From a virus (lineage: Duplodnaviria > Caudoviricetes), in IMG/VR virus record IMGVR_UViG_3300029305_003884, positions 32,001 to 96,000 of that record: a stretch of DNA of 64,000 nucleotides. The stretch is one strand, 5' to 3'. Under the pieces are notes generated by a model that saw only the letters and a list, made by a program, of their open reading frames with translations, was not told where the DNA came from and made no database searches. This document shows positions 1-9,352 of the stretch, piece by piece (positions within the stretch are counted from its first letter, which is position 1; each line of letters starts with the position of its first letter). Both the position numbers and the translations under genes were made by a program.

Positions 1-852
1 CTGGTTAGTATAGCCAGCACCCTTCAGGAGCTTTTCGAAACACGGGTTGTCGCACAAGCCAACATCAGGCTTGTTGTCGGTAAGGGTCATGTAAGTGATA
101 TGCGGGAACAGGTCTTGCTTATGCTTGCCTGCATCGCTCCACCTATTATCCGTTGTATAGAACCAGGTGACATACCCAGAATCGGAATCCGTAAACATCG
201 ACGCATTGCCTCCTCGCTTTGCGTCTACGTGGTACATTAACAACTGGGGTTTATAATACTCCTTAGAACGGGTGATGCTGGATACGATGTAGTTGCATTT
301 CTCCGTCGAGAACGTGTAATAGACATAGTCTCCTTCAAGGAACGAATGCTCAACGATATCGTTCAGTGTTGCCTCCATATCAGACTTTACGACAATCCAG
401 TTCATCATGTCGCCCGTAGTCTTCGGCGGGATGACAATGACAGGTTCATCAATCTGACGGTGCTTGAACACCTGCTGCATGGTCTCGGTCGATGTTCCGT
501 ATTTCTGGAACGTCCTCGTGTCCATGGTCTCGAAAGCGCCTAGACGGAAGGAAATATGCTGGAAACTGTTGTTCGTACCAGGAACTATCTCGATGGATGT
601 GTCGGTGACGACGAAGGTCAAAGCGGTACCGTCCATCGCCTCACTGCCAGTATTGTCAAATTTCATGACACCGTATTCACCCGTATGGATGATGGCGTCC
701 GAGTCTTCGACGTTTTGTACAGTAGCTATTCCATAAGGGACGGCGTTCAACGGTATGTTAAGGACAAACTTAGTCACTAGGGAATTTGGATATACCCTTC
801 CCATGAGGTAGATTTCAACCGAAGCGTTGTCAATGTTTTCTATGCCAAGCAT
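1..852 (-). CDS. Partial CDS (runs off window); probable virion/baseplate protein
   Basis: ATG at 852 with AGGTAGG upstream; frame (MLGIENIDNASVEIYLMG...) appears open to base 1; last gene of the late operon starting at 4464. Absent from the ORF track because no stop lies in the window. Confidence 0.7.
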   Translation of the reverse strand, partial: MLGIENIDNASVEIYLMGRVYPNSLVTKFVLNIPLNAVPYGIATVQNVEDSDAIIHTGEYGVMKFDNTGSEAMDGTALTFVVTDTSIEIVPGTNNSFQHISFRLGAFETMDTRTFQKYGTSTETMQQVFKHRQIDEPVIVIPPKTTGDMMNWIVVKSDMEATLNDIVEHSFLEGDYVYYTFSTEKCNYIVSSITRSKEYYKPQLLMYHVDAKRGGNASMFTDSDSGYVTWFYTTDNRWSDAGKHKQDLFPHITYMTLTDNKPDVGLCDNPCFEKLLKGAGYTNQ

Positions 853-862
853 AAATGCCTAC

Positions 863-1294
863 CTATCTGATATTTGTATCGTATTTCTTCAGCCATTCCA
901 ATGAAGCGTTTAGCTGCGGGATAACGAGCGTTCCGCCTACGGTAACCTCGCTGACCACCCCGTTAAACAGGTTGTTGTAATGTAGCCAGTACTCTGGGGT
1001 TATTTCAAGTTCATCGAGCATCTTCTTGTACTCGGTTTCCAGTTGCTCACCACGATACCCCTTCATGTACAACTCGTTGTACACACTTTCCTCGAATATG
1101 CGGACTGAGTCACGGCAAGGAAGCGGGTTTCGGATATGGTTCGCTGCACACAGCACCTTGCACATTCTGCTGCTTCCCATAGAACGACGGGCGATGATAT
1201 CAGGGCGTCCCTGTTCATAACCTTGAACCGTGTCCAAGGTCAGCATGGAAAGCTCGTCATCTCTGAATCTAGGGTAATTTGATTCATCAGCCAT
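863..1294 (-). CDS. Baseplate wedge protein, T4 gp53-like / LysM-like
   Basis: GRPDIIARRSMG...LCAANHIRNP...VGGTLVIP matches the gp53/LysM-like pattern; GGAGG before ATG 1294. Confidence 0.6.
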   Translation of the reverse strand: MADESNYPRFRDDELSMLTLDTVQGYEQGRPDIIARRSMGSSRMCKVLCAANHIRNPLPCRDSVRIFEESVYNELYMKGYRGEQLETEYKKMLDELEITPEYWLHYNNLFNGVVSEVTVGGTLVIPQLNASLEWLKKYDTNIR

Positions 1295-1305
1295 ATCGAC
1301 CTCCA

Positions 1306-2760
1306 TTATTTCTTCTCAGAATTCTTCTCGGGAATAGGATAGAACAAATTGTCGCCAATCAAGTGTATGAAGTCATGGTTCGGGCCAGGCGTCATCCACG
1401 GTTTCAGCGTGACATTCACCTGCATTGTCACGGGAATGCTTGCACCAATGCTGTTGATAAACAGTTCTTCCGACGGAGTGATGGTGACGTTTTCGATAAC
1501 CATGGGTTCGACATCAAGGATATTTCCTATCGTAAGGCGGACAGGGTTTGGAACAAGCACGAAGTTTCCTCCGATGAACTTGCTTCCCTCGATATACGCC
1601 TGCAACACCTTGGTGATAATTGTATTCATGTCATCGACAAGTTTTTGCTTGTTGCCATCGGAAAACTTTCCGTCGTCGCTAATGTCTTTGGCATTTTCGT
1701 CAATCGTGTTACCGATTGCATCCATGCCCTGAGTGATAATGTTTCCAATAGAGTTTCCTACGGCCACACCACTTCCTGCGGCATCAACGACGGCATCGTT
1801 TGCTCGTCCATTTTTGTTCTCGGTAAGCGCTCTGATTCCAGGAACATCTCCAAGAAGTTCCTCGCCTGAACTAACAACGGCACTTCCAGCATCTATCCAC
1901 GCCTGACCAACACCTTTAAGCGAATCCTTTATGTTCTTCGCATTGATGAACGACTGCTGCATACCTGCATTCGTCGCCGCTTTCAGGTTATCATAAAAAT
2001 CCGTCTTGTCCGTGTAAGCGTTCCTTACATACGCAAGTTGCAAAAGCCTGTGGATAGAAAGACGGAACAAGTCCTCCTGCTCTGGCATATACCAAGTGAA
2101 GGTAAGCGTGGCAGGAATTTCCATCGAAGAACCAGAAAACGTCTTCAATGTAGATGCACCCGTAGTGGAAGAAACCATTCCATACAGTTCAGTGCTGGAG
2201 TCAAGCCTATTGCTCATGCCGCCAAGGAAGGATGTGATTTTGTCCGTAAGACCGTTGCCTGCGTTCTTGTTATCCTCAGGGCCACTCATAATCAACGATG
2301 CAAGAGCACCACCAGCAGCACCCAAGCCGAAGCCCGTAGCGTCATATCCACCGAGGGCATTACCGAGAGCTTCTCCTGCGCTGGCTCCAAGAGGCATGGC
2401 TACCGCAGGGGATTTCAATATCTGAACGGCACGGTCAAATGAACTTTTTCCAGTTTCTTGATTCCAATGGCTTGAAAATTGGAGACGCAATCCCCTCAAA
2501 TCACCTGGAGTCAATATGCCATAAAACGGCTTAAAGGCATCGGGGTTCATCGCATACGCAATCCTAAGCTTCAATGCATCGGCTGCGGCATGAACAGGGC
2601 CAAGGAACGCCTGACGGGCGGACGGACCGAGAGGCTCAATTCTCACCACGTTAGGATTCAGTTCATTGACTGAATTTCGGATTGCACCTTTCGCATCCTT
2701 AGAGTAAGATTCCTTTACGGTGTAACGGGTTCTCTTTCCAAATATTCCCTTCTCTGACAT
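1306..2760 (-). CDS. Putative baseplate / tail-tube initiator (gp48/gp54-like) protein
   Basis: LTFTWYMP and PNPVRLTIG...PMVIENVTIT...PVTMQVNVTL resemble tube-initiator folds; located in a late operon next to the gp53-like gene. Confidence 0.45.
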   Translation of the reverse strand: MSEKGIFGKRTRYTVKESYSKDAKGAIRNSVNELNPNVVRIEPLGPSARQAFLGPVHAAADALKLRIAYAMNPDAFKPFYGILTPGDLRGLRLQFSSHWNQETGKSSFDRAVQILKSPAVAMPLGASAGEALGNALGGYDATGFGLGAAGGALASLIMSGPEDNKNAGNGLTDKITSFLGGMSNRLDSSTELYGMVSSTTGASTLKTFSGSSMEIPATLTFTWYMPEQEDLFRLSIHRLLQLAYVRNAYTDKTDFYDNLKAATNAGMQQSFINAKNIKDSLKGVGQAWIDAGSAVVSSGEELLGDVPGIRALTENKNGRANDAVVDAAGSGVAVGNSIGNIITQGMDAIGNTIDENAKDISDDGKFSDGNKQKLVDDMNTIITKVLQAYIEGSKFIGGNFVLVPNPVRLTIGNILDVEPMVIENVTITPSEELFINSIGASIPVTMQVNVTLKPWMTPGPNHDFIHLIGDNLFYPIPEKNSEKK

Positions 2761-2763
2761 AAA

Positions 2764-4464
2764 CTAACCCCTAACAATTCTTTCAACTTCGTCCAGGTAA
2801 GCCGCATCACGTTTCTTATCGGCATCAGTGTCACGCATGTTCTCTGCAACGGACTTGCCTATTTCCGCAGCAAGTACCTGAATTTCTTCTTTTGTCAACG
2901 ACATCCTATTGAACATCTGTATTTCATTCAATGCAGGAGTGATATCCCGTTCAGCCCTGGCCTCCATATCCATTCGAGCGTCCAATACCTGAGGCTCTTC
3001 TTCAAGGGAAGTCGCTCGATTCGTTTCCTCGTCGAACTGAACATTCTTATCGGCAGCTGCCTGGTCGAGACGTTTACTGTCCTCAGGAGCGACCTGTTCT
3101 TCGTGAGATTCCAACGGGGTTTCATCCTGGTTGTTCATGGCATCGGTCGCACCCGAAATATCGTTTGCCAGCTCTGTTATGGAATCTGACAGTGAAGGCT
3201 CGGTGTCTTCATTATTGACGGCATCCTGCTTCTTCATTGATTCAATCAATTCCATTTCGTTTTGCTTGGCCGTATCGACAAGCTCACGGATACTGTTCAA
3301 GCTATCCTCGGCAAGTTCGACAGATTGGTTTTCAGGCATCGCCACGTCAACGTGTACATTGGTTGGCTGCGGTTCGTTGACATCCGTATTTGCTAACGAC
3401 TCACCCAGCTCGTCCAGCATGTTGTCGATGCTGTCGTTGATTTTACCCAAGTTCTCGTTTACTTCGGCGACCGCAGTTTCGGTTACGGACGGAACATCGT
3501 TGGGTTCAACATCGGGTTGAGGTACATCGACCTCATCTGGCTCGGTCAATTTCTGGCCAATATCGTTAAGCAATGAGTTCTGTTCTGCCTGGGCCGCCGC
3601 AATATCCCCAAGCAAGGTTTCCTCCTTGCTAGGTTCATCGGGAGCGGTATCCACATTGGCCTCATTTTCCTCGGTATCGGTCAGCTTCTGACCAATGTCG
3701 TTCAACAGCACATTCTGTTCCGTCTGGGCAGAAACAATGTCTTTAAGCAGGGTTTCCTCTGGACTCGGCTCATCGGGCTTGTCTTCAGAGGACGGCTCGT
3801 CAAGGTTGACATCGCCAAGTTTCTGACCAATGTCGGAAAGCAAAGAGTTCTGTTCCGTCTGTGCGGACACGATGTCGTTAAGCAAGGTTTCCTCCTTGCT
3901 CGGGGCATCGGCTTCACGCTCGACCTTGTCAGGTTCCGTATCCGTCTCAGGAAGTTGGACATCTACCTTGACTTCGACGGGCTTTACATCTTCCTTGACG
4001 ACGTCGGTGTTTTCGTCCACTTTTTCGTCGTCCTTCTCTTCGACCTCTTTCAGGGCCATATCGTTGAACATGGCCTCATCCCGTTTCACGTCAGCTTTAA
4101 GGGCTTCACCCTGGATTTCCAGAATACGGTCCAAGTCATTCTGAATTTTTGCGAAATGCTCCGCCTGTTTCTCAGATTCGGCCTTTTGCTCTTGATTCTC
4201 TTCTTTCTTTCGGAAGGCATCCCTGACCTCGTTAAGGGACTCTGCAATATCGCTATTGTCGATAGCGCTACCGAACTGTTCAACCAGCTTGTCATTCATG
4301 TTCTTTGCATTTGCCGACTGCTGTTCAAGAAAGTCCTTCATCGTCTGTTCTTTAGGCAATGCGGCGAGGGCGTCAGCGATAGACTTGACGCTTTCGTTGG
4401 TCTGAGCCGTATTTCCAGCCTGATTAGACGTTGCAGTCGTTGTATTTTGCGTTGTAGAGGCCAT
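2764..4464 (-). CDS. Acidic helical protein with three 45-aa repeats (probable tail/baseplate structural protein)
   Basis: 566-aa ORF, late motif 22 nt upstream, internal repeats PSxEETLLxDIxxAQxEQNxLLxDIGQKL. Confidence 0.75.
   Translation of the reverse strand: MASTTQNTTTATSNQAGNTAQTNESVKSIADALAALPKEQTMKDFLEQQSANAKNMNDKLVEQFGSAIDNSDIAESLNEVRDAFRKKEENQEQKAESEKQAEHFAKIQNDLDRILEIQGEALKADVKRDEAMFNDMALKEVEEKDDEKVDENTDVVKEDVKPVEVKVDVQLPETDTEPDKVEREADAPSKEETLLNDIVSAQTEQNSLLSDIGQKLGDVNLDEPSSEDKPDEPSPEETLLKDIVSAQTEQNVLLNDIGQKLTDTEENEANVDTAPDEPSKEETLLGDIAAAQAEQNSLLNDIGQKLTEPDEVDVPQPDVEPNDVPSVTETAVAEVNENLGKINDSIDNMLDELGESLANTDVNEPQPTNVHVDVAMPENQSVELAEDSLNSIRELVDTAKQNEMELIESMKKQDAVNNEDTEPSLSDSITELANDISGATDAMNNQDETPLESHEEQVAPEDSKRLDQAAADKNVQFDEETNRATSLEEEPQVLDARMDMEARAERDITPALNEIQMFNRMSLTKEEIQVLAAEIGKSVAENMRDTDADKKRDAAYLDEVERIVRG
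3551..3903 (-). repeat. Three imperfect coding repeats, period 135 nt
   Basis: TTCTG(A/G)CCAAT... units begin at 3551, 3686 and 3821. Confidence 0.9.
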
Positions 4465-4486
4465 AATGCACCTGTCGATTCAATGA

Positions 4487-4495
4487 TAGTTTATA
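4487..4495 (-). promoter_or_regulatory. Late promoter motif TATAAACTA
   Basis: Exact motif 22 nt upstream of ATG 4464. Confidence 0.8.
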
Positions 4496-4519
4496 ATGCC
4501 GCCACGATTTTCGACCAAT

Positions 4520-4528
4520 TATAAACTA
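4520..4528 (+). promoter_or_regulatory. Late promoter motif TATAAACTA
   Basis: Exact motif 27 nt upstream of ATG 4556; divergent partner of 4487. Confidence 0.8.
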
Positions 4529-4555
4529 TTATCGAAACATGCGGCATACCAACAA

Positions 4556-6262
4556 ATGGCAAAGTGTATTACAGAAGTAATTTCGCCCAGACAGGAAACC
4601 TCGGCGACACAATCGGATTCGACAATCCTGAGCAGCTTTACCGAAGCTGTCGAAAAGACCGCCAATTCGATTAACGATGTCACGAGCAAGCTGGAAGCCA
4701 CCAACTGTACGAAGGTGGTCTTTGACTGGTGCAGGGATACCATGGGCATAAATGCCTATGCCGCAGTGGGCATGTTGTCCAACCTGAACAAGAGTTTCAC
4801 CGCATACAACAGTTTCAACTTCCCTGTCAGTATTGACGGGGCGCTCACGTTGAGCAAGAGCCTCTGTCAGACGATAGGTACGTGGATTGCATGGATTCAG
4901 GCGACAATCGACATCGCAACGAAGGCGGCGTTCGTCCTGTTCGCAAAGATTGATGCCGCCCGTCTCCGTCTGGAAGAAGCATTGCTTAGATTCAATGCCG
5001 CCGTATTCAAGTGCATTACGGACGTGCTGTCAGCAAGTCTGGAAGTCGGTGATGGTGTAAGCGTCACCCTCGACTTCAAGTGGGAAGAGTTGTACCAAAT
5101 CATGGTTGACTGCCCGTGCTTCTGCCGTGCAATCGCATGCGTGACGGGCTGCAACAGGGATGCGGACGGAAACGACATGTCCAGAGACCCCGACTTCGTT
5201 ATCGAGTGTCTCAAAGAAAAGTTCCCGCTGAGTCTCGGCATCGGTGCTGGCCGCGGTGGAGCCCTCTCGGGTTCTCTTAACGACCTGCTTTACGATTTCC
5301 TGCTGAAACTCTACAACAGCATCAAGGCAGCCATCGAGATGACGTTCGAGATGCTCATGAAGCCTCTCAGGGCCCTCATCAAGGCTTATGCCGACCTGTT
5401 GACCCAGAAGTTCGATGTAAGCGGGTTCATCAAGATGGTGGGCAACTTCGAGTGCTTCTTCATCTACACCCTTGAATGGAAGAACAACAGAGAGTTCTAC
5501 GGAATGTCGATTATCGACATGATTAACACGTTCAAGAGCTGGACTGTCTGTTTCAGCCATCTTTGCCCAGGCCTCATGAAGGACATCGAGGCGAAGATTA
5601 AGGAGATTAACGAGAACCTCCGCCTAAACGACGTGTTCTGGCAGGGAGCTTTCGAGGCAGACCTGTACGACCAGTGCATCGCCGCAAAGCTCGGCTACAA
5701 GTCCTTTTCCGAATATGAGTTCCGTAAGATTTACCGTGACAACCCCAAGACCCAGTTCGATTCCCTACTTTCGCAACTTGAAGCGACTGGAATAAAGAAG
5801 ATATGCCGAGACCATAAGAGGTCTAGTTCAGCGAACACGCCGACAAGCAAGGTAGAGGAAGCCATCCAGTTCAGGACGGCCCCAGACAGGGAGAACGAGG
5901 TAAACGTAGGCGAAAAGCCGATATCCAAATCCGAACAGAAGAAGTGCGTATCCATCGCCCACAACTTGGTCGATAAGACAGTGAGCCCGTACTTCACGGA
6001 GAAGTTCTATCAGCTACTCAGGCTGCTCGGAGACTACGAGTTGAGTTCAGATACCGTCGACGACCTGACGGAGATACTTGACAACTGCAGCAAGAAGGTA
6101 TATCCTGTAAACATGAACAGACCGTTTACGCCGTTCCCGTCAAACCAGTCGGCAAGGCCAGAAATTGAGGTCTATCCTGCCGATATCGAGGTGACTTACG
6201 AACTCGTGGACGACTACAACGAAGATACAATTAAATCAATTCTAGGCAAGTATGCCGAATAG
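4556..6262 (+). CDS. Hypothetical Cys-rich helical late protein
   Basis: Long ORF; start moved to ATG 4556, downstream of the late motif. Confidence 0.75.
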   Translation: MAKCITEVISPRQETSATQSDSTILSSFTEAVEKTANSINDVTSKLEATNCTKVVFDWCRDTMGINAYAAVGMLSNLNKSFTAYNSFNFPVSIDGALTLSKSLCQTIGTWIAWIQATIDIATKAAFVLFAKIDAARLRLEEALLRFNAAVFKCITDVLSASLEVGDGVSVTLDFKWEELYQIMVDCPCFCRAIACVTGCNRDADGNDMSRDPDFVIECLKEKFPLSLGIGAGRGGALSGSLNDLLYDFLLKLYNSIKAAIEMTFEMLMKPLRALIKAYADLLTQKFDVSGFIKMVGNFECFFIYTLEWKNNREFYGMSIIDMINTFKSWTVCFSHLCPGLMKDIEAKIKEINENLRLNDVFWQGAFEADLYDQCIAAKLGYKSFSEYEFRKIYRDNPKTQFDSLLSQLEATGIKKICRDHKRSSSANTPTSKVEEAIQFRTAPDRENEVNVGEKPISKSEQKKCVSIAHNLVDKTVSPYFTEKFYQLLRLLGDYELSSDTVDDLTEILDNCSKKVYPVNMNRPFTPFPSNQSARPEIEVYPADIEVTYELVDDYNEDTIKSILGKYAE

Positions 6263-6270
6263 GGGGAGAA

Positions 6271-6795
6271 ATGATTTACGGAACAAAGACGAAGCATGCT
6301 CGTTACAAGTTGCTGCATCCAGAAAAGTACATGGAAAACCTTGCCGCACCCATCTGCAAGTCATCTTGGGAGGAACGTATTTTCCAGGCGATGGACCAGA
6401 ACAACTACGTTCTGAAATGGGGTTATGAACCCGATTTCGAAATCTACTATATGTCGCCGAAGCTGCACAAGATGAGCAAGTACTTCCCCGACATCTACTG
6501 CGAATGCAAGTCAGATAAGGATAGCAAGGTAAACAAGTTCCTCATCGAAATCAAGCCAGAGAAGTTCTCCATCATGCCGAAACCGCCGAAGGCATTGACC
6601 GAGGGTGCTAACCCGAAGAAGGTACGTGCCCATCAGAAGAAGATGGCCCGCTATTACATGCAGTGCGAGGAAGTGATGGTAAACCAGGCAAAATGGGCGG
6701 CAGCACGAAACTGGTGCGCCAACCGAGGCGTAAACTGGATTGTCCTGACAGAGGAAAACGTGTGCGGCCTGTTTGATAGAGGCGCACATACATAG
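6271..6795 (+). CDS. gp4: Head completion nuclease, T4 gp4-like
   Basis: KSSWE...WGYE...YFPD...IEIKP...NQAKWAAA...WIVLTEE, the gp4/TnsA-like PD-(D/E)xK signature. Confidence 0.9.
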   Translation: MIYGTKTKHARYKLLHPEKYMENLAAPICKSSWEERIFQAMDQNNYVLKWGYEPDFEIYYMSPKLHKMSKYFPDIYCECKSDKDSKVNKFLIEIKPEKFSIMPKPPKALTEGANPKKVRAHQKKMARYYMQCEEVMVNQAKWAAARNWCANRGVNWIVLTEENVCGLFDRGAHT

Positions 6796-6800
6796 ATAGC

Positions 6801-6829
6801 AAAAGGGCTGCCCCGAAGGACAGCCCTTT
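6801..6829. terminator. Bidirectional intrinsic terminator
   Basis: AAAAGGGCTG-CCCCGAAGGA-CAGCCCTTT hairpin between convergent genes. Confidence 0.75.
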
Positions 6830-6846
6830 CACTCACTCCAACAACC

Positions 6847-6936
6847 TTAGAAAAAATACACCAAAAGCACGGCAAGAGATACCAGGATTACGACCCAGGC
6901 TAAAATCTTGTCGGTTTCTGGCGTATACTTCATCAT
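6847..6936 (-). CDS. Small single-TM protein (29 aa)
   Basis: MMKYTPETDKILAWVVILVSLAVLLVYFF; ATGA overlap with the upstream stop; below the ORF-track cutoff. Confidence 0.6.
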   Translation of the reverse strand: MMKYTPETDKILAWVVILVSLAVLLVYFF

Positions 6937-7532
6937 GCTTCTTCCTTAGACAAATCGTCAGTTTCGTCATTATCGGAAAGCGTTTCAATGGAAACGGAAT
7001 ACATGACAAAGCCAGATGCTTTCTTTTTCTTCTTCTTTTCAGAACCGTCGATACCGAGGAGGGCATCGGTCTGTTCCATGATGGCGGTGTCAACTGGGGA
7101 GGGTTCGTCATCTTCGCCTTCTTCCTCTTCAGCAGGTTCAGTTTCCTTGACTTTGAGGTAGGAAGACCAGAACTTCGTATCATCCTCGCACGGGTCCTTT
7201 TCGAAGTTGAAAGTGTATTCGGCGATATCACCCAATTCCTTGTCGACTTTCTTCTTTACAGCGAGAGAGACAAGGTAAGCATCGTAAGTGAATGCGCCGA
7301 AGACGAGTTTCACACGGAGAGGGTCATCGAGGTCATACTTAGTGTTTCCGTAACCCTTGCTTGATGTGAACCGCTTTGCATTCGCAAATGCGGAATCAAG
7401 TTCATCAGTGCCATAGAAAAGATGCTTGTCAGCACCAGATTCGATAGCCTTGACAGAAAGCTTGACATAAGGCACATTGTCCTTTGTCGCAGGACTGTAT
7501 GCACTAAGATAACCGCTAAATTCCTTCTTCAT
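6933..7532 (-). CDS. Hypothetical protein, acidic C-terminus
   Basis: 199-aa ORF with AGGAG RBS. Confidence 0.75.
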   Translation of the reverse strand: MKKEFSGYLSAYSPATKDNVPYVKLSVKAIESGADKHLFYGTDELDSAFANAKRFTSSKGYGNTKYDLDDPLRVKLVFGAFTYDAYLVSLAVKKKVDKELGDIAEYTFNFEKDPCEDDTKFWSSYLKVKETEPAEEEEGEDDEPSPVDTAIMEQTDALLGIDGSEKKKKKKASGFVMYSVSIETLSDNDETDDLSKEEA

Positions 7533-7544
7533 GCGATATCCTCC

Positions 7545-8102
7545 TTAAACAGGCTGCTTGCGGGGACGACCACGCTTACGGGCAGGGGCAGCAACAGACT
7601 TCACTTCAGCCTTTTCAGCAGCAGCCTTGCGACCACGCTTCTTGGCAGGGATGGCCTTGACAACCTTAGCTTCAACAACAGGCTTCTGTGCGGACTTGAT
7701 GCCGAAATTGTCAATCGTGACATATTCCTTGCCCTTGTTCGCCACGATGACGTTCATGGCCTGTTCAGCAAGCTTGGTAGCAACGTCAAGGGTCTTGCCG
7801 TTGGTGACGAAGAACTTGGTGAGCGCACGGGCACCAGCAAGACGGAAGCCGAAGTCTTCGTCGAACTTGTCCATGTACTGCTGGAAGGAACGACCGACAT
7901 AAATCAAGCCGTCAACATCCTTGCTGTTCTTGTTGGAATGGTAGCGTTCGAGAGTCACCGTTGTAGTACCCGTAATCCAGGAAGTAGTGACACGGCGGTC
8001 ATACTTATCCTTCTTTCGGGAAACGTGGAGTTGCTGTGTGAGTTCACTGGAAAGTTCCAGACGAATCGGCGTCATGCCTGTAATGTTGAGTTTGATAATC
8101 AT
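7545..8102 (-). CDS. Basic protein with AT-hook-like C-terminus
   Basis: C-terminal KKRGRKAA and RKRGRPRK; own sigma70-type promoter. Confidence 0.75.
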   Translation of the reverse strand: MIIKLNITGMTPIRLELSSELTQQLHVSRKKDKYDRRVTTSWITGTTTVTLERYHSNKNSKDVDGLIYVGRSFQQYMDKFDEDFGFRLAGARALTKFFVTNGKTLDVATKLAEQAMNVIVANKGKEYVTIDNFGIKSAQKPVVEAKVVKAIPAKKRGRKAAAEKAEVKSVAAPARKRGRPRKQPV

Positions 8103-8147
8103 ATTTTTACCTTTTTGTTGAGTGAATTTTTTGGTCCACTGAAAATG

Positions 8148-8176
8148 AATATAGTATATTAAAACCCCTTTGGCAA
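8148..8176 (-). promoter_or_regulatory. Sigma70-type promoter TTGCCA-N17-TATATT (overlaps terminator hairpin 8161-8183)
   Basis: Read on minus strand upstream of 8102. Confidence 0.65.
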
Positions 8177-8194
8177 GGGGTTTCGATAAAAAAG

Positions 8195-9349
8195 TTATTT
8201 TTTCTTGATTTGTTTCGGTTTCTTTACATTGACTACGGGTTTTCCCGTTCCCTGGATGATTGTCTTTATCTTGCTCCAGGTCTCCTCATTTGTATGGGCT
8301 AGCTTGGTGAACCAGTCAGGCTTGTCATTCTGCAAGACGGCAGGCTTGATGAAGTTCTCGTATGCGTCAGCCACATGTTCAACCGACAGACGGTCATACA
8401 GGTAGTACAGGTTGTTTATTACCGTACTCTTGTGCGCTTCCATCGTCGGGTCGGACAGGAGATTTATCATCGTCTTGGTCACGTTCCTGCAAAGCTCGGT
8501 CTGATACACGTCAAGCATCTTGGCGACACGACTAGCTGCGGCGATTGCCTTGGTCTGGTTCGTCTCCAAGAGGAAGTTCTGCGGGTTGAACATACGCTTT
8601 GTGCAGAGCCATGAGAAGAACGCCAATCCTTCGACAGGTCCCAGATGGTCAGACGCATCACTCTGTATCAAGGTTGGGTTGACCTTGTAGTCGCCCAATT
8701 TAATTCCGTTAGTGTACATCTTCGAGAAGTTTTCCCATGCTCTCGGGTTGACCGTGTTCTCGTCCTCGTAGACTTCCACGTCGTCCATCTTGTACAGGTG
8801 TTCGTCGCTAGCCTGGTCGATGTAGTTGATAATATCGGGGTGGATTCCGTGCGTAGTAGCCCAAGCCAACCATTCGGTCTTATTGACCTCGATATGGATT
8901 CTGGCCATACGGGAGAACAAAGCACGGTTCAACTCGTCCACGTCGTTACTAGCGATAGAGGACGGGTTCATAGCACATATCACTCTCGAACCAGGTGCGA
9001 GCTTATGACCGTTGAACTCCTGTTCCTTGGTACACAGCTGCATGATGGCATTGATGCAATCCTTCTTGGCACGGTTGATTTCGTCTAGGAACAGCAACAC
9101 GGGCTCATTGTAGGAAAGCCATTCAGGAATGGTATGTGAATGAATTCCGTTAATTACCTGCAAAAGGCCAGTAAGGTCACCCGTCTCGCCTGCTTCCGAA
9201 CAGCGGAGCTTAACCAGTTTAAGTTTAAGCGTTCCCGCAAGGTCACAGATGAACTCGGTCTTTCCTATACCTGGCTGACCAATGAGAACGCACGCCGTTT
9301 CGGGCGCCAGTCTCATTATCTTCGCCTTTGCCATTGAAAAGGTAGCCAT
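8195..9349 (-). CDS. MoxR-like AAA+ ATPase
   Basis: Walker A GQPGIGKT, Walker B LFLDEINRA, sensor-1 AMNP, arginine finger ALFSR. Confidence 0.88.
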   Translation of the reverse strand: MATFSMAKAKIMRLAPETACVLIGQPGIGKTEFICDLAGTLKLKLVKLRCSEAGETGDLTGLLQVINGIHSHTIPEWLSYNEPVLLFLDEINRAKKDCINAIMQLCTKEQEFNGHKLAPGSRVICAMNPSSIASNDVDELNRALFSRMARIHIEVNKTEWLAWATTHGIHPDIINYIDQASDEHLYKMDDVEVYEDENTVNPRAWENFSKMYTNGIKLGDYKVNPTLIQSDASDHLGPVEGLAFFSWLCTKRMFNPQNFLLETNQTKAIAAASRVAKMLDVYQTELCRNVTKTMINLLSDPTMEAHKSTVINNLYYLYDRLSVEHVADAYENFIKPAVLQNDKPDWFTKLAHTNEETWSKIKTIIQGTGKPVVNVKKPKQIKKK

Positions 9350-9352
9350 AAT

